64,000 bases of DNA from the human T2T-CHM13v2.0 reference genome, Homo sapiens. Where the stretch lies: assembly GCF_009914755.1 (NCBI RefSeq), contig NC_060934.1; one strand, given 5' to 3'. A model generated the notes under the pieces. It was not told the DNA's origin. It worked only from the letters and a program-made list of their open reading frames with translations, and ran no database searches. Below, piece after piece: positions 1 through 15,931 of the stretch (positions are counted from its first letter, which is position 1; each line of letters begins with the position of its first letter). Position numbers and translations under genes: made by a program.

Positions 1-398
1 TATTTTCTTGGTGTTTGTCCTGGGGATTATAATTAACACCTTCATTTGTAGCAGTCTATTTTGAATTAATAACAACTTGGTTTCAATAGTATATAAAATA
101 CTTTGCTGCTACATAGCTCTCCCCCCTCCAATAAATCTTTATGCATTGTTTGTCCATCAACACAGAGTTATAATTATTGTTGTATGTAGTCTTTTAAGTC
201 ATATAGGGAACAAAAGAGGCATTAACAAACTGAAAACATAACCTCTCTGCCTTCTTTGCTTCCTAACACTTTATAATATAATATCTCTAATATGCTTTCA
301 GATACTATTCTAAATAATTTACAAATACTTGTCTAATCACGTTATAAATTTATAGCCAAGGAAAGTGAGGTGTGAAGAAGACAAATTGTCCAAGGTAT

Positions 399-719
<321 letters not shown>

Positions 720-1001
720 TTAAAAGAGAATCAGATATTTGAACCCAGGTGACCTGGCTTCGTAATTCATATTCTTAACCACTACATCTCTTACTTCCTA
801 GAGTTGTAGTACTCCTTCTATTACACTACAACAGTGAATGTAAAATTCAGTTGGATACATAAAATGTGCATTCATGTTGAAAATGAAGGAAAAATAAAGT
901 GAAAGATACTGGGAATCATTTGGGAGGAAAGATAACAGCTGGAAGGGACTTTTGAACTATGGCCTTGAAGACCACGTAGGATCAAGACTATTGATATTTG
1001 A

Positions 1002-1292
<291 letters not shown>

Positions 1293-1889
1293 TGAGAGTA
1301 CATTTTAGAAGGAGCAAGGTGAAGAGAGGGATCAAGACAAAGAAAATCAAGGCCTACTTGAGAAGCAGATTGTTATTGAAAGGCATTGAAAAGGAGTGTT
1401 GAAAAGGTTCACTTTTGGAAGAATTTGAAAGCCAGACTAAGCAGTTTGAATTTTATTATGCAGGCAGTAGCTAATCATTGAACCTTTTTGAGCAGGGGAG
1501 AACTATTAAGAATTTTGTATATAAATCTGAAAGCTGATTCAAACATTGGTACAGTTTAAAATTTTCTAATATATCCTTCAATTGGGGCCAGACTGAGGGT
1601 TTATCTTTTGTACTGCCATATATTATGATGTGTTAGAAGTGTGGTAAAAAGTAATGATTTTTAAAATATATAAATTAGATATATTTAGATGTGTTTGATT
1701 ACATTAAAAGGAACCTGTTTCCTTTCAGAATCCTCGGATGACATTTGGAGTGGGTTAAGATATGTCTTTATTTCAATAACAGTGCCATATATAATAGTTC
1801 AGATCAGCTAGTATTTTTTGAGTACTTACCATCAAGTTGTTTGCTAGATGGTAAAGATAGAACAGTAAAAAAGACCTGACCTTAATTTT

Positions 1890-2730
1890 CAGTCTCTTTT
1901 TCTTTCTAATCTTTAAACATTGGAATGCTCCAGTATTTGGTCCTGTTGCTTCCTTTCCTTAACTTAATATGATCTTATCTAGTTCTAAAGCTTTAAATTC
2001 TGTCTGTACTTTACTGATTCCCAATTTTATATTGCCCCATCTCAGTGTCTCCCTTTTAACTTCAAAGTCACCTATCCAATTGCCTTCTTCATAGATCTAC
2101 TTTGATTTCTAAGTAGCATCTCAGACTTATCCCCAAAGTGAACTAGATCTCTGTCTGCCAAACATTTACCCTCCAGTCTTCTCCATCCTAGAAAGTTACA
2201 CTACCATTTACTCAGTTCACAGACCAAAAGTGTAAGTGTCATTTTCCCTCACATTCCACATCGGCACATCATCAAGCAAGTTGGTTTTATGTTTGATGTA
2301 TACCCTCTATGGGGTCACTACCCTCTACCGCCATTGCTACCCCTATCTCTTGCCAAGGCTGTTGTCATAATAGTCTCCTAATGCTTTATCTAATAATCTG
2401 TTCTCTACAGCTACCTGGTAATCTTAAACAATATATATCTAATTGTTTTATCTCTACCACTACCCAGATATAAAACTTAAGTGGATTTCTGTTAAAATTC
2501 AAAATCCAGTCTCCTCACCGTGGACTGTATGATCATACCTCTAAATCTCTTACCTTATCTTGTACTTCCCATCTTAAATCACCTTGCTGACCATGCCTGC
2601 TTTCTTGCTAATTCTCAATATACCGTACTTCATACCTTAACTACCTCAGTGCTGTTCACTCTGCCTAGAACATTCATGTGTCTCCATATGGCTTGTTCCC
2701 TCACTTCATTGAGTGCTCAGAAATGTTACC
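1890..2730 (+). mobile_element. L2 fragment
   Basis: Degenerate L2 motifs (CTCAGTGCTGTTCACTCTGCCTAGAA..GGCTTGTTCCCTCACTTCATT). Confidence 0.55.
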
Positions 2731-2736
2731 TCCTTT

Positions 2737-3020
2737 GCCTGTAATCCCAGTGTTTTGGGAGGCCAAGGCAGAAGGATCGCTTGAGACCAGGAGTTTGAGA
2801 CCAGCCTGGGCAACATAGCAAGACTCTGTCTGAAGAAAAATTTAAAAATTAACTAGCTGTTGTGATGCATGCCTGTAGTCCAAGCTGCTCAGGAGGCTGA
2901 GGCAGGAGGATTGCTTGACCCCAGGAGTTTGAGGTTACAGTGTGCTGTGATTGTGCCATTACAACCCAGCCTGGGCAACAGAAAGAGACTCTGTCTCTAA
3001 AAACTAAAAAGAAAAAAAAA
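2737..3020 (+). mobile_element. AluJ (5' truncated)
   Basis: Sense Alu with J-type AGGATTGCTTGA. Confidence 0.9.
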
Positions 3021-3319
3021 TCTTGCCTCCTAGATAATTTTTTTCTCGGCTCTCTAAATGCTGTCTTCGCTGCTTTGTACAGTAGCACTTATATGGATGT
3101 TACTGACATTTCTGGTATTTAGAGGCGTGTGGGTTGAGGAGGGATCTCACTATTACCGTATAGTCATACCTTATGTCATTGACTTTTTTTATTCACAAAT
3201 GTATTAGACTGACATACATACCTCAAATAGAGTTGACTGCTTGTGAGGAATGGGGGAAAATATGAGAAATTTTAATTTATTTTCTTTTCAGTAAATTACT
3301 TGCAAAGTAATTTTATTAG

Positions 3320-3733
<414 letters not shown>

Positions 3734-3968
3734 TAGGTCTAGGTTGGGGCTAACTCTGGAAAGAAGAGAGTAAATGGACAAAGGAATAGGGAGAGGATGG
3801 GAAGGGATAGAAAAGGAAGCCCCACCTTTCCAACCCTAAGAACTTTCAAAGTTTAGTTTTTATCTCTGTTCTTTCAACTATAGAAATTTCCATTTTACCT
3901 AAAGTGAAGGAAATCATTCAGCTTATAATTTTGTTTTTACTTAGTTAACTCCATTATTCCCAAGGAAT

Positions 3969-4032
3969 GAGAGAGAGAGAGAGAGAGAGAAAGAGAAAGA
4001 GAAAGAGAAAGAAAAGCAAAAAAAAAAAAAAA
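3969..4032. repeat. (GA)n/(GAGAAA)n plus polyA purine tract
   Basis: Direct. Confidence 0.9.
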
Positions 4033-4944
4033 ACCCAAAAGAATGCTTACCTCTCACAGTGTAATTTGTAGTTTTGGTATCTTTGAGAAAAAATGTGATG
4101 TAAAAAAGATATTATGGATTCAGTAATGCTTTTTAAATGAATACATATGTTATTGTTTGTAGCAGGGTGTGTTAAAAAAGAGTAGTTAGTGGCTGTATCT
4201 GCAAGCACATTTTTATTTGATTTACAAACAGTGCTCATATGAATTTACTGACCTTGTAATGACAGAGGTCTTCAAACGGATTGTGGCCTATGGATTGTGA
4301 ACTGATGTAATTGACTCATTCCTGATCAACCTCAGATTTGCATTTAAATGGTTTCTTTCTAAGCATGATTAACCTAGACAGTTTGATATACTAGAAAAAA
4401 TGAAACAGAACTGCCCCTGGATTTCCAAAGACTTAATCTGACCTAGCTACTCACTACCTCTGTGATTTTGGTAACTTATTTAATACCTTTGAATCTTGTT
4501 TATGGCATTATGTATGTAAATACTGTATTCTGATAATGTTCTAACTACTCAGTATATCTTTCTTTTCCCTCCTTAATGTATTAATACTATTGTTTTTCAG
4601 GACTTTATCTTTTTTGTTTTATTTCTATCTTCACTATGATTACAGCTTTCCGCAAAAAAAGTTTGCTGCTGTTTGTGGGCCAGCAAAAGCTGTTTGTGGG
4701 CCAGCAAAAAGAGCCCTTAATTATGTTCTGGTTTTAGTCTATAGATACAGAGAACTTAGTTGAGCTGGAGCAGAAAGCCATCTTTTTTTTTTTTTTTTTT
4801 TTGTTTGGTCAGATATCTGTTACCCTTCTGTTTTATTTCTATTTTTTCAAGTCTTTAGCTTGCCTGACACATAAAACAGAGTCCTTGTAAAATCTCCAAC
4901 CTCTCAGTTAATTATAATGATGTAGGAATTAAAAAGAGTGTGTT

Positions 4945-6200
4945 TGCATTCATCCAACAAATATTTATTGAGCACTTACTTGAGGATGGTAGTTCAAAGT
5001 ATAGGGTGATGTTAAAAGATGAATAAACTCCAGTTCTTTGCTGAAAATCTAGCGGATTAAATACCAAAAAAAGGTATATAAATAGTACAACTTGAGTACT
5101 GATGAGGATGTTCCTAACTTTGCCTGGGGCTTATGGGGTGAGATGGGGATACCTTAGAATTAGATTGAGGGTTGCAGGAAGAACATTGTAGGCTGACGAC
5201 ATATTGTGCTCAAGTGGCGTGGAAGCATTGACAGTATGTGTTGTGACTGATCAGTATGGCCAGAGCATAGTGTATGTATACAGAATATGGTAGCAGGAGA
5301 GACTGAAAAGATAATTTGGGATCAGATCCTATAATGATCATGCATGGCATCCAGAAATTGAAATCTTCACTATTGTCAGTGGAAAGCTATCAAATGTTTT
5401 TAAAACCTAGAAAGGATGATGTTTAGCAGCAGCATGAAGGGTGGATTCTGGTGGTAGAGATGGTGGTGTGGGAGAATACTAAGATAAATTAAAAATTAAG
5501 AGATGTTATTAATAGGTGGTGTGATGAAATGAAAAGAGCCTGGGCTTTAGAATCACAGGAATGGTTTTAAATCTAGATATTGGCCTTTGCAGTTTGGAAC
5601 GAATTAGCTGCTTTGATTTTCAGGGTTGTTTGTTTTGTTTTGTTTTACACATTCTGGGTAGTAATAGTGCTTGTTTTACAGTATTCCTTTGAATATTTTG
5701 TTATGGGCATGAAGCACCTGCTATAGTGCTTGCCTGATACCAAATAAGGGTGCAGTTAATGATAACTGTCATTATTATCAACATGAGTGACATTTATTAT
5801 AATTGTTAAGATAAGAGATAGTGAAAACCTGAATTTAGGGATGGAAAAGAGAGAACAGATTGGGAGGAATCTTTCTGAAGTAAAATGAATAGGACTCAAT
5901 GACCGGAATACTTGGTGATTTATGGAAAGAATAGAATTGTGACTAACCGAGGTCTCTATTTAACCTGAATAACTTGGGGGGAAGGTGTTCGTGATGCCAT
6001 TTTCTTAGTAATGAATACAGAATATAGACGAAATCTATGATTGAGATGAAGGAAAGGAGTAAAATGATTTTGATTTGGTGGGCATTTTTAGGTATTTAGG
6101 AGATTTTGGTGATAATATGAAGTAGGAAATTAGAAATTTGGTCTTAGGGCAAGAGATAAAGGATTGGAGAGTTATAAGTATCTGCATAGTAGTGGGAAAG
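4945..6200 (-). mobile_element. L2 (with MIR) fragments
   Basis: L2 3' terminus CATTCATCCAACAAATATTTATTGAGCACTTACT. Confidence 0.55.
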
Positions 6201-6829
6201 CATGTTAATTTTGATTCCTTGACTAGAATTATAAATATCTTAACGGCAGGGCATATTTTTAAACATAACCCCTGTATCCCCACACTGCTGAGCTCTATGT
6301 AAACACTTGATTAATTCTTATTAAATGTGAGATTTAAAAAATAATATTCTTGATGGCTTTGTGAATAGAAAAGGTAATGCATAGTTATTTTGATTTTTAA
6401 TTTTTAAATGTTCACTTTATTTAAATTTATAAACTTAAAACCTGGTTCTCTCTAAATACAGATCTTATTCTGTAACTAATTTTAACAAACTTTTGATAAA
6501 TATCTTAATTTAACTTCTTAAAACATTTAAATCTGTAAGTATAAATTAAATTTATTTTCTCTGTAAATATTGATTAATAAAACCTTAGATACTTAAATAA
6601 ATCTTGTAAATCTAATAATTTAAAATTGTAAATATAAACATCCTTAAGTTTTGTGAGTATTCTTATACAGGATGCAAACTTAGTAAAATTTCGGCTTAAA
6701 ATCATAAGTCTAAATCAGCTGTTCAATTATACATTTTAAATTAGAATTACAAGGCTGGCTCTAATAGGCCAGATTTTCTTAAAACATTACAAATTTTTAC
6801 CAAACAGGCATAGAGTACCTGTTTTGTAA

Positions 6830-7200
6830 ACAGCTTTATTGAGACATAATTTACATACCTTACAATTCACCTATTTTAAGTGTGCAGTTCACCGATTTTT
6901 ATTATAGTCACAGAATTATGCAACCATCACCACCATCTAATTTTAGAATATTTCCCTTAATACAAAAAGAAATGTGTTGCCCATTTGCAATTATTTTTTC
7001 ATTTTCATTCAGCCATAGGAAACCACTAATGTACTTTCTTCTATCTATAGATTTGCCTTTTCAGTACATTTTATATCAATGGACTCATAGTATGTGGTCT
7101 TTTGTTTCTGTCCTTTTTTCACCTAACACAATGTGTTTTGAGGCTTATTCATCCATATTATAATTTTATTCCATTGTATGGATATACCACATTTTGTTTA
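6830..7200 (-). mobile_element. L1M 3' UTR fragment
   Basis: CAGCTTTATTGAGACATAATTTACATACC...TTCCATTGTATGGATATACCACATTTTG. Confidence 0.7.
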
Positions 7201-7823
7201 TCACAGATTACCTCTTAATATACAATAATTAAAATTTTAGTTCTTTTAAGTCATCCTATACTTGATTCTTTTTTTAAAAAAAGAAACCTGAAAATAAGTA
7301 AATGAATCTCTTACGAGTTAGACAAAAATGCAATAGAATAAACCCAAAGAAATGGATAATTGAAAAAAATTAAAGCAAAATTTAATGAAATCAATGATAT
7401 AATAGAGAAGAACAAAAAAGTCAAAGTAGGTTTTTAAAAGAAAAAAACTAAAAAAGAAACTGATAGGATCAATCAAGGAATAAAAGAAACAAAAATAGTA
7501 TGAAAATGAAGACTGACAACATATTAGAGATCAAAAGACAAGGTATTTATAGCAGCCTGCCATTAGTTTTTATATAAACAGTCTTTTCCCTTTTCAGGAG
7601 ATCATTATTCCCAATCATATTTTTCTTAATGGAACTACTTTGAGTAACCCTTACCCCCCAGAGTGAATGGCTGTTCTACTTCCCAAATCAGAGAATATCT
7701 ATAAATGTCTTTTATCAATATTCATAAGCAACACATTGTCTTCATTTTTCCTCTAGAATTTTGTAAACACTGCTTCGTAGGCTTTTTTTTTTTTTTCTTT
7801 TTTCTGTTTTAAGAGATGGGGTC

Positions 7824-8166
<343 letters not shown>

Positions 8167-8518
8167 TCAAGCAGTCCTTCCACTTAAGCTTCCCAAGTAA
8201 CTGGGACTGCAGGTGTGTGTCACCACATACCATTCCCAGCTCTCCATACATGTTTAGCATTTACATTTACCAGTGAAATGACTGGTAGTCTAAATCTCTT
8301 TCCTCTTATTTTAAGTAAAATTAAGTGAAATATTTTCCATATTTGGAGCTTGTAAATTTTTATTGTTGAAATTCAGATATTTTACCAGGAGAGTCTACAT
8401 GTGTAGCTTCCCCTCCAACCCCCTAGTGCTGCCCCAGTATTTCATGGAGCCCATTAGATAAGAAGACTCAAGTCAGTAATCAACATTAGGAAGTTTTTGT
8501 TTCCTTCTAAATTTTTAA

Positions 8519-8903
<385 letters not shown>

Positions 8904-9739
8904 TAGTAGGACATTTCTTAAGTTAATTTTCTAAATCACTACTTTGTTGTGTATTTCTCTACTTAATTCTATTTGGTAATTTTAGTAGTTTTTCTCCTCC
9001 CCCCAAGCATTTGTTCTCTGCTATTTTATTCAGAGCTCTTTGCTCTTAAAAAAAAAAAATACTATTTCTCCCTGGCCTCAATAAAAATACTATTTATAAT
9101 TTGTCTTCAAGTGCTGCTGTTTTGTCTTCATTAATTCTGTTTCATTTTGGGCCATTAGTCGTGATTAAAGTGTTACTTCTCTTTGGTATATCTGGCTAGG
9201 TTTTGTCATCAGTTCTTGTGCTGGGTAATTCTGAGAGTGGTAAGTGAGCCAACAAATAGGGTTCATCATAGTGCATCATCTGGGAGAATGTGCTCAGGAG
9301 GAGAGGAAGAATTATTAATGAATGTAGTTCTCTAATAATGAAAGGAATCACCAGGGATAGTAAGGGGAAGAGAAGCCTGAATGGTCATTGCTCATTATCT
9401 ATAGAAGTTCATTTGATCTTTGATTTAATAACATGCTGAGATAGTTGGAATGTCAATTAAAAAGAATTGATTACCTTAATTACCTGGGATAGAATATAAA
9501 AGATTGTATAATCTAGTGTTCTAAAATTATTACCACAATTACTATTGCACCAACCCAATACTTTCACTTTGTGACTGACTTCGTATGAAGGCTCAGTGTG
9601 GTGGTGGCATCAAGTCACACATCCTGACTTTTAAGCAAACAACTCCAGATAATATCATTCCCCTCTTTGTTTATTAGGACACTAATTGATTATTATTGCC
9701 AGCAAGCACCTTTGAACTGATACTTTGTAAAATATAATA

Positions 9740-10332
9740 CAGTCATGTGTTGCTTAACAATGGGGTTGCATTATGAGAAGTGCATCCTTAGGCAGTTTCA
9801 TCATTTTTCAAACATCGTAAAGTATACTTACACAAACCTAGATAATATAGCCTACTACATACCTAGGCTATTTGGTATAGCCTGTTGCTGCTAGCCTGCA
9901 AATCTGTACAGCACATTACTGTACTGAATACTGTAGGAAATACCACCATTGTCACACAATATCATTGTCACACAGTGGTAAGTATTTGTGTATCTAAACA
10001 TAGAAAAGGTACAGTAAAAATTGTCACACGTGGATAGGGCACTTACCATAAATGGAGAGTGCAGGACTGGAAGTTGCTCTGAGTGAGTCAGTGAGTAAGT
10101 GGTAAGGGAACAAGAAGGCCTAGAATGTTGCTGTACGCTACTGTAGACTTATAAATACTGTACACTTAGGCTACACTAAATTTACTTAGGAATAAAGTAA
10201 TTGCAGTCCAACATTACAATGGCTGTAATCACCAAGCAGTAGGAATTTTTCAGCTCCGTTATAATTTTATGGGACTACCGTGGTATATGCAGTCCATCCT
10301 TGACTAAAACATCGTTGTGTGGCATGTGATTG
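9740..10332 (+). mobile_element. Tigger3-family non-autonomous element (Tigger3c-like, ~0.6 kb)
   Basis: TA-CAGTCATGTGTTGCTTAAC...GGCATGTGATTG-TA termini; internal CACAAACCTAGAT..AGCCTACTAC. Confidence 0.85.
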
Positions 10333-13300
10333 TACTTTATTGAAGACTGAGCACCAAGCTCAGTACAAGCTTGCATACAAGATCCAGGGGCCTTGATGTA
10401 AAAATTGCTCATTTTCTGATATATTCCTGCATTTCCTTCAGCACCTCTCTGAAACTACTAGTCTCTGTACTGGTTATCTCAGAGGAGAGGTTCCCAAGAC
10501 CCAGGAACCGTTTTTTCATTCTGTTAATTTTTTTCCAAAAGAACAGGCTATATTGCTGACCTTAGTTAGCTTTGTATTTGATATATTCCTATTCTGTTAC
10601 TTTTTATAACCTGTTTTCCCCCTTTTCGTTGGAAATGGATTGTGATTTAGATTGAAGGGGGAAATTTGTGGGAGATTTTAGTCTTCTATCTTCTGTTTTC
10701 GAGAGCTGTGTGATTAAATCGGAAGCTAATCAGGCATGTGAAGCCTTTCTGTGAGAGAAACATTGTTCCTATAAGAGAAACATTGCTTTCTAGCCTTCCT
10801 GGAGCATTAATTCTCCTTGAGGAGATAAGACATAAATGAATAAAAGAAAAATGAGAACATAGTGTTTAGATAGCCTGTGACAAATTTTATTTTACAAAAT
10901 ACTTGAAAAGACAGTGTTTTGTAAATGGCAGAAAGCAGAGAAGACATTAGGCAACTGACTTTTATTTAAAATCAAGCAACAGTCTTGAGAATTCTGAGGA
11001 TGAGAGAACTGGAAACTGAAGATTCATGAGGGCAGGTAACATGGCAGCTCAACACTGCCTGTTGAACAGTCCCTGGCAGATGATAGACTCTCAGTTAGTG
11101 TATGTCGAATAAATTAATATGTATTTGTTGAACAATGTGAAGAGTTATCTTGAAGGAGAGAGATACTATATTTTAGCAAAGGTGAGATGCAGAGGCTTCA
11201 GAAAATGTTAGGAGGTAGGAATGATCACTGAACACAACAGAAGACCATCCTGACCAGAGCTGTAGGAATGAGCAGGAAAGGTCTGGTAAGTAAGCCAGCT
11301 AACAGTAGGTAGGGTCAAATTATAAGCAGTTTTGATTGCCGAATTTGGAATTTGGGGTTTGTTCTTTAACCAGTGTGAACTTTGAAGAGGTGGTGGCATC
11401 ATTGAAGCAGTGTTTTAGGAATAGCCTGAAGACATGGTGCAGGTTGCAGTGAAGAAGAAACTAGAGCTCAACCTTGAGACTAGTTGTGATGTTGGATAGG
11501 AATTCTTTCAAAAGTAGTCAACTTCGATAAAATAAATAATTTTTCTTTATATGTGATATGTAAAGGTAGTTTTTAAGCCTTAGTGATTGAACATAACGGC
11601 ATGGCTGTCTTTTTCAGTATTTAGTTTTCCATGGCATTTTGTTATTGATCTTTCTGGCTTTTCTGTGATATCATGGTATACATTTTGAATATATTTGTTC
11701 TTCGCTTATTTGCCTTTCATTAATGTCAAGCATAGCACGTCAGACATTCCCTGTTGCTATGCAACTGCTAAATTCAATATTTAGTATTAATAAAACTGAG
11801 TGGCATTAACATCCAGTGAACAGAGGGTAGCAAAATACGACTTTACAGTATCTAATCAATAATATTTGTTAGGTTTAATGTATTGTTGCAGATATGAGCA
11901 AAAGAGGAGTGACTTGTTTACAGTTGCTATTTTGAGCAAAATTAGTTGTGATTAAATCTTTGTGTTTATAACCAGATTTTTTTTGTTTGCTTTTGTTCTT
12001 TGTCATTGCTTTTTCATCTGTGACTCAAATTTTTGTTAGTATTATTGATCTTCTGCCCAATTTTCTTATGTCAGATTCTGTTCTTCTTTAAAATTTTTAT
12101 CTCCCAAAGCTTTCATTTGCATTTTTCTTTCCTGGCATTATTTCTTGCTATATTTACTTTTTTCCTTTTCAAGAATTTACGCTCAGCCCGAAAATTTGGA
12201 ATTTGTTACAATTTTATATAAACCCAGGTGAAAGAATATTAGATTTGCTCTTCAGGATAAGACCTACTTAATAATTTCCTTTAGCTATTTGCGTTGTGTA
12301 TTTGATGCTTGCAAGGTGTTGAAATACTTTATTATTTGTGAAATCAGATTTTCTTTTGGGAGGGCAGGTAGGGGGGCTTTAAGAATTGGAGATAGGCTGT
12401 GGGATTTATTTATTTTTTTAAGTCAGATCGTTCTGAAAATATCTGATCTCCAGGGCCAAAATAGGCAGTATCTAGCATTTTCTTCTCTTCTCTTATCACT
12501 ACCTCCCCACCCCCACAGCCCTACCCCAACCCTTTTTCCTCCCTAGTGTGGAAGAGAGGGGACCATAGCAATTTAGTGGAATATATTTTAATTTTAGTAG
12601 GTAAATAATAGACATAGATACCTCCCATTTGTTTGAGTGGGTAGTTTGATTTTGTTAATGTCCTTGGAATAATCTTGATGGGAATTAAAGAGAGTTGAAA
12701 AACAATTGCTCCCTAACAATAAATAAAAAATCTGGAATCTAGGATATATCATATAGTATAGAAAAACCAGCTCTCTAATTACAGTGTAAATAACACAAAC
12801 TAGAGATTACTGAAAATTATGGCTTAATACCAAGGCAAAGAAATCCCTTACATTACCATCTTCTTCTTCTTATAGCCAGATAAACAAAATGCCATTTTCA
12901 GAGGCCATCATTTCTACCCCCTTACCTTCTAAATCCTTTTCTGTGGTTGTATTTGTGGTCAAAAATTGATACATGTGAGGGGGCCTTATGTGTCCGGCAG
13001 GATATAGTATTTTAAATTAAGGGGTACCTTATCTTTTAAGCATGGGAGTGCTTTTTAACAATTAAATCGCAAACCCCTAGGTGACAGATTATGTGGCAAA
13101 ATACACAGTGCCCCTAGCTACTAGGAATTCAGTAACACTTTTTATATTTACTTTATTGCAGTAATCCTATGCCTTTGAAAAGTAGTATGTATACTGAATG
13201 CACAAGACGTTAATTTCGAGGCCGCACTGAGAGTGCATATGGATTCATAGACTCCTTGTTTGTAATAACCATTTGAGTTCCCGGTGAGGTCCATGGCAAA

Positions 13301-14180
13301 CATTTTGGGAACCACTGCTTTAATCTGTTATTTCTGGTATGTTGTATAAAGATACAGTCTGATTCCTGCTCTTGTTTTCCTCCTTACTCTCTTGACCCAT
13401 AAGAAATTGCAAGATGGCAAAGATATTTTTAAATTATTCAGTAGATCCATCAGTATTTGAGATAATAAGCCAGAAAAAAAGTTTTTGATTTTTTCATTTT
13501 CTACTTTTTTCACACTGGTAGAAGGACATAATAATTTAAACATTTGTGTACAAGTATATTTGATTTTTTTCTCTTTTTTTTGTATGTACAATCAGTGGGG
13601 TTTACGTTTATAAAGGAACCAGTACATAGTTATTGTGGCAATGTTAAATACTTACAAAAGTCTTTTAAAAGTCTTGTACCTTCTTTACAAAAGTCTTGCA
13701 CCTTGTGTTTGTGTGATGTAGTTTTTCTCAGTAAATATTTCATAAACTTAACTCAAAATCTGTTGTCTCAACTGGTATTTTGAAAAATGCTATTTAGATT
13801 ATTTTAGAAAGTTGTGGAAATTTTGAAGCAGTTTTTGACTCATTCATTGAGAAAAGTACCTTTTAAAATGGAGCCTGAGAGTTTGTACAAAGAGGTGTTT
13901 GGGATTTTGTAAAATGGTGAGAAAACCTGTGAATTTCCATTCCTTCATTGGTCTTGTTCTTGAATGTGCTCAGAATTTGTGTTGAATGTTAATCATTGAC
14001 AGAAATGCAAATGCTCCTTTTAGATTTGTCATTGACACTCTTTTTCTAAGCATCCCTTCAGTAGTAATCCAGGATCCTTGAGAACTGGAAGAAAACACCA
14101 TCTTTTTTTTTTTATGCAAAGATTATTCAATACTAGAATGAATATTATTGTGGTAATGGATTTTGTTTTTATCCTTTCAG

Positions 14181-14246
14181 GGTTTGAAAGTATTCTTGAA
14201 GGGCTGTTTGGACCTGCATTATTAAAAGATCTCAGTTTATTTAAAG
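14181..14246 (+). CDS. LCOR: LCOR upstream exon (nominally 5' UTR), putatively coding (G)[21 protein letters not shown]
   Basis: cctttcag| ... AAG|gtattc; 66 nt, phase 1/1, stop-free; resembles LCORL [22 protein letters not shown] (from recall). Confidence 0.85.
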
Positions 14247-14583
14247 GTATTCAAAATATTTTTGGTATTTCAAATTCTTCCTGGTGCCATACATGATACG
14301 TTGGTGTTTTAAGCCTCAGTCTCCTTTTTATTCACGGTTTCATGTGGGTTAAAGCTATATTCATGTAAGCATCTTTTTGTGTTTAGTTGATATTGTTAAT
14401 ATATGTATGAATAATGTATTAACTAGTGAGCAGTTAAGACTTAAGAATTTAAGAGTTAAAATTTTTAAGACAAATATGGCCTAACTACTTAGTTTTTTGT
14501 TAAACAATATTTTTGAAATTAATTCTAATTTATTTTCCTAAAAATTCTCTTTTATGACTATTAATTTGTTACTATTTTTGCAG

Positions 14584-14663
14584 ACTGTGAACCTGAAAGC
14601 ATTTCTGATTGGACTTTTGATGAAAACTGTTTATTCTGTTGCTTGAGAAGAGATAAAGTAAAG
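14584..14663 (+). CDS. LCOR: LCOR upstream exon (nominally 5' UTR), putatively coding DCEPESISDWTFDENCLFCCLRRDKVK
   Basis: tttttgcag| ... AAG|gtaact; 80 nt, phase 1/0; resembles LCORL [24 protein letters not shown] (from recall). Confidence 0.85.
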
Positions 14664-14911
14664 GTAACTAAGAAGCCTGTGAAACTTTTATTTAGTGTAG
14701 TATTTTAAAGTTTTCATCTTTTAAAACATTGTGTTACTTTGTTGGAGGATTTGTAGGAAAAGGAAGGTATGGTTTCATACTTAGTTATGAAAGAGTTTGA
14801 TAGTAATCCTGGGTTTTGCAATTTAAGTTATTTCCATCCTGTTGATTAGCCTATTAAGAAACCTATATCCTACCATGCATTTATTGTTGTTATTTTGTTT
14901 TTTTGCTTTTT

Positions 14912-15206
14912 TGTTTTTTTTTTATTTTGAGACGGAGTCTCTCTGTGATGCCCAGGCTGGAGTGAAATGGCACGATCTCTGCTCACTGCAGCCGCCGCCT
15001 CCTGGGTTCAAGCGATTCTCCTGCCTCAGTCCCGAGCAGCTGGGATTACAGGCACCTGCCACCACACCAGCTAATTTTTGTATTTGTAGTAGAGATAGGG
15101 TTTTATCATATTGGGCAGGCTGGTCTTGAACTCCTAACCTCAAGTGATCTCCTGCCTCAGCCTCCCAAAGAGCTGGAATTACAGGCATGAGCCACCGCGC
15201 CCAGCC
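14912..15206 (-). mobile_element. AluS
   Basis: Antisense Alu dimer. Confidence 0.93.
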
Positions 15207-15557
15207 CATGCATTGTTTTATTTATATAGTTCACTAGGCAGAATAATTAATTGTCTCAAACTGTTGTGTTTATTTAAAAAATGAAATGTGTGGTAATTCA
15301 AGTAATGGGAGTTATTTTTAGTACAAAAAGAACAGTAATGTAGATCTGGATCAAGCAGTTACTAATTCATGTAGATGATGATATACTATGGTTTCTACTT
15401 TAAGACACTTCTTCATAATATCTGGGCATGAATGCTATTATTTTTAATTGTATAAACTGGGTGAACCTTTGTGTATTTGTTGTTTTATTGCTTTGTTTTA
15501 AACATAAACAGAATTTTGTTAGAAAACATTTCACTTGTTGGAAACATTTATTAATAG

Positions 15558-15931
<374 letters not shown>

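Noticed and set aside
6370-6720. Extremely AT-rich stretch (matrix-attachment-like)
   Set aside because: No discernible periodicity or motif; low complexity only.
9533-9559. MADE1-like half terminal repeat
   Set aside because: Only about 27 bp with no partner end; too short to call confidently.
14078-14180. ORF 14078-14296 with in-frame ATGs upstream of the GFESILEG exon
   Set aside because: These ATGs lie 5' of a strong acceptor in U-rich intron-like sequence with no resemblance to LCORL; usable only if an unobserved TSS or intron retention exists.
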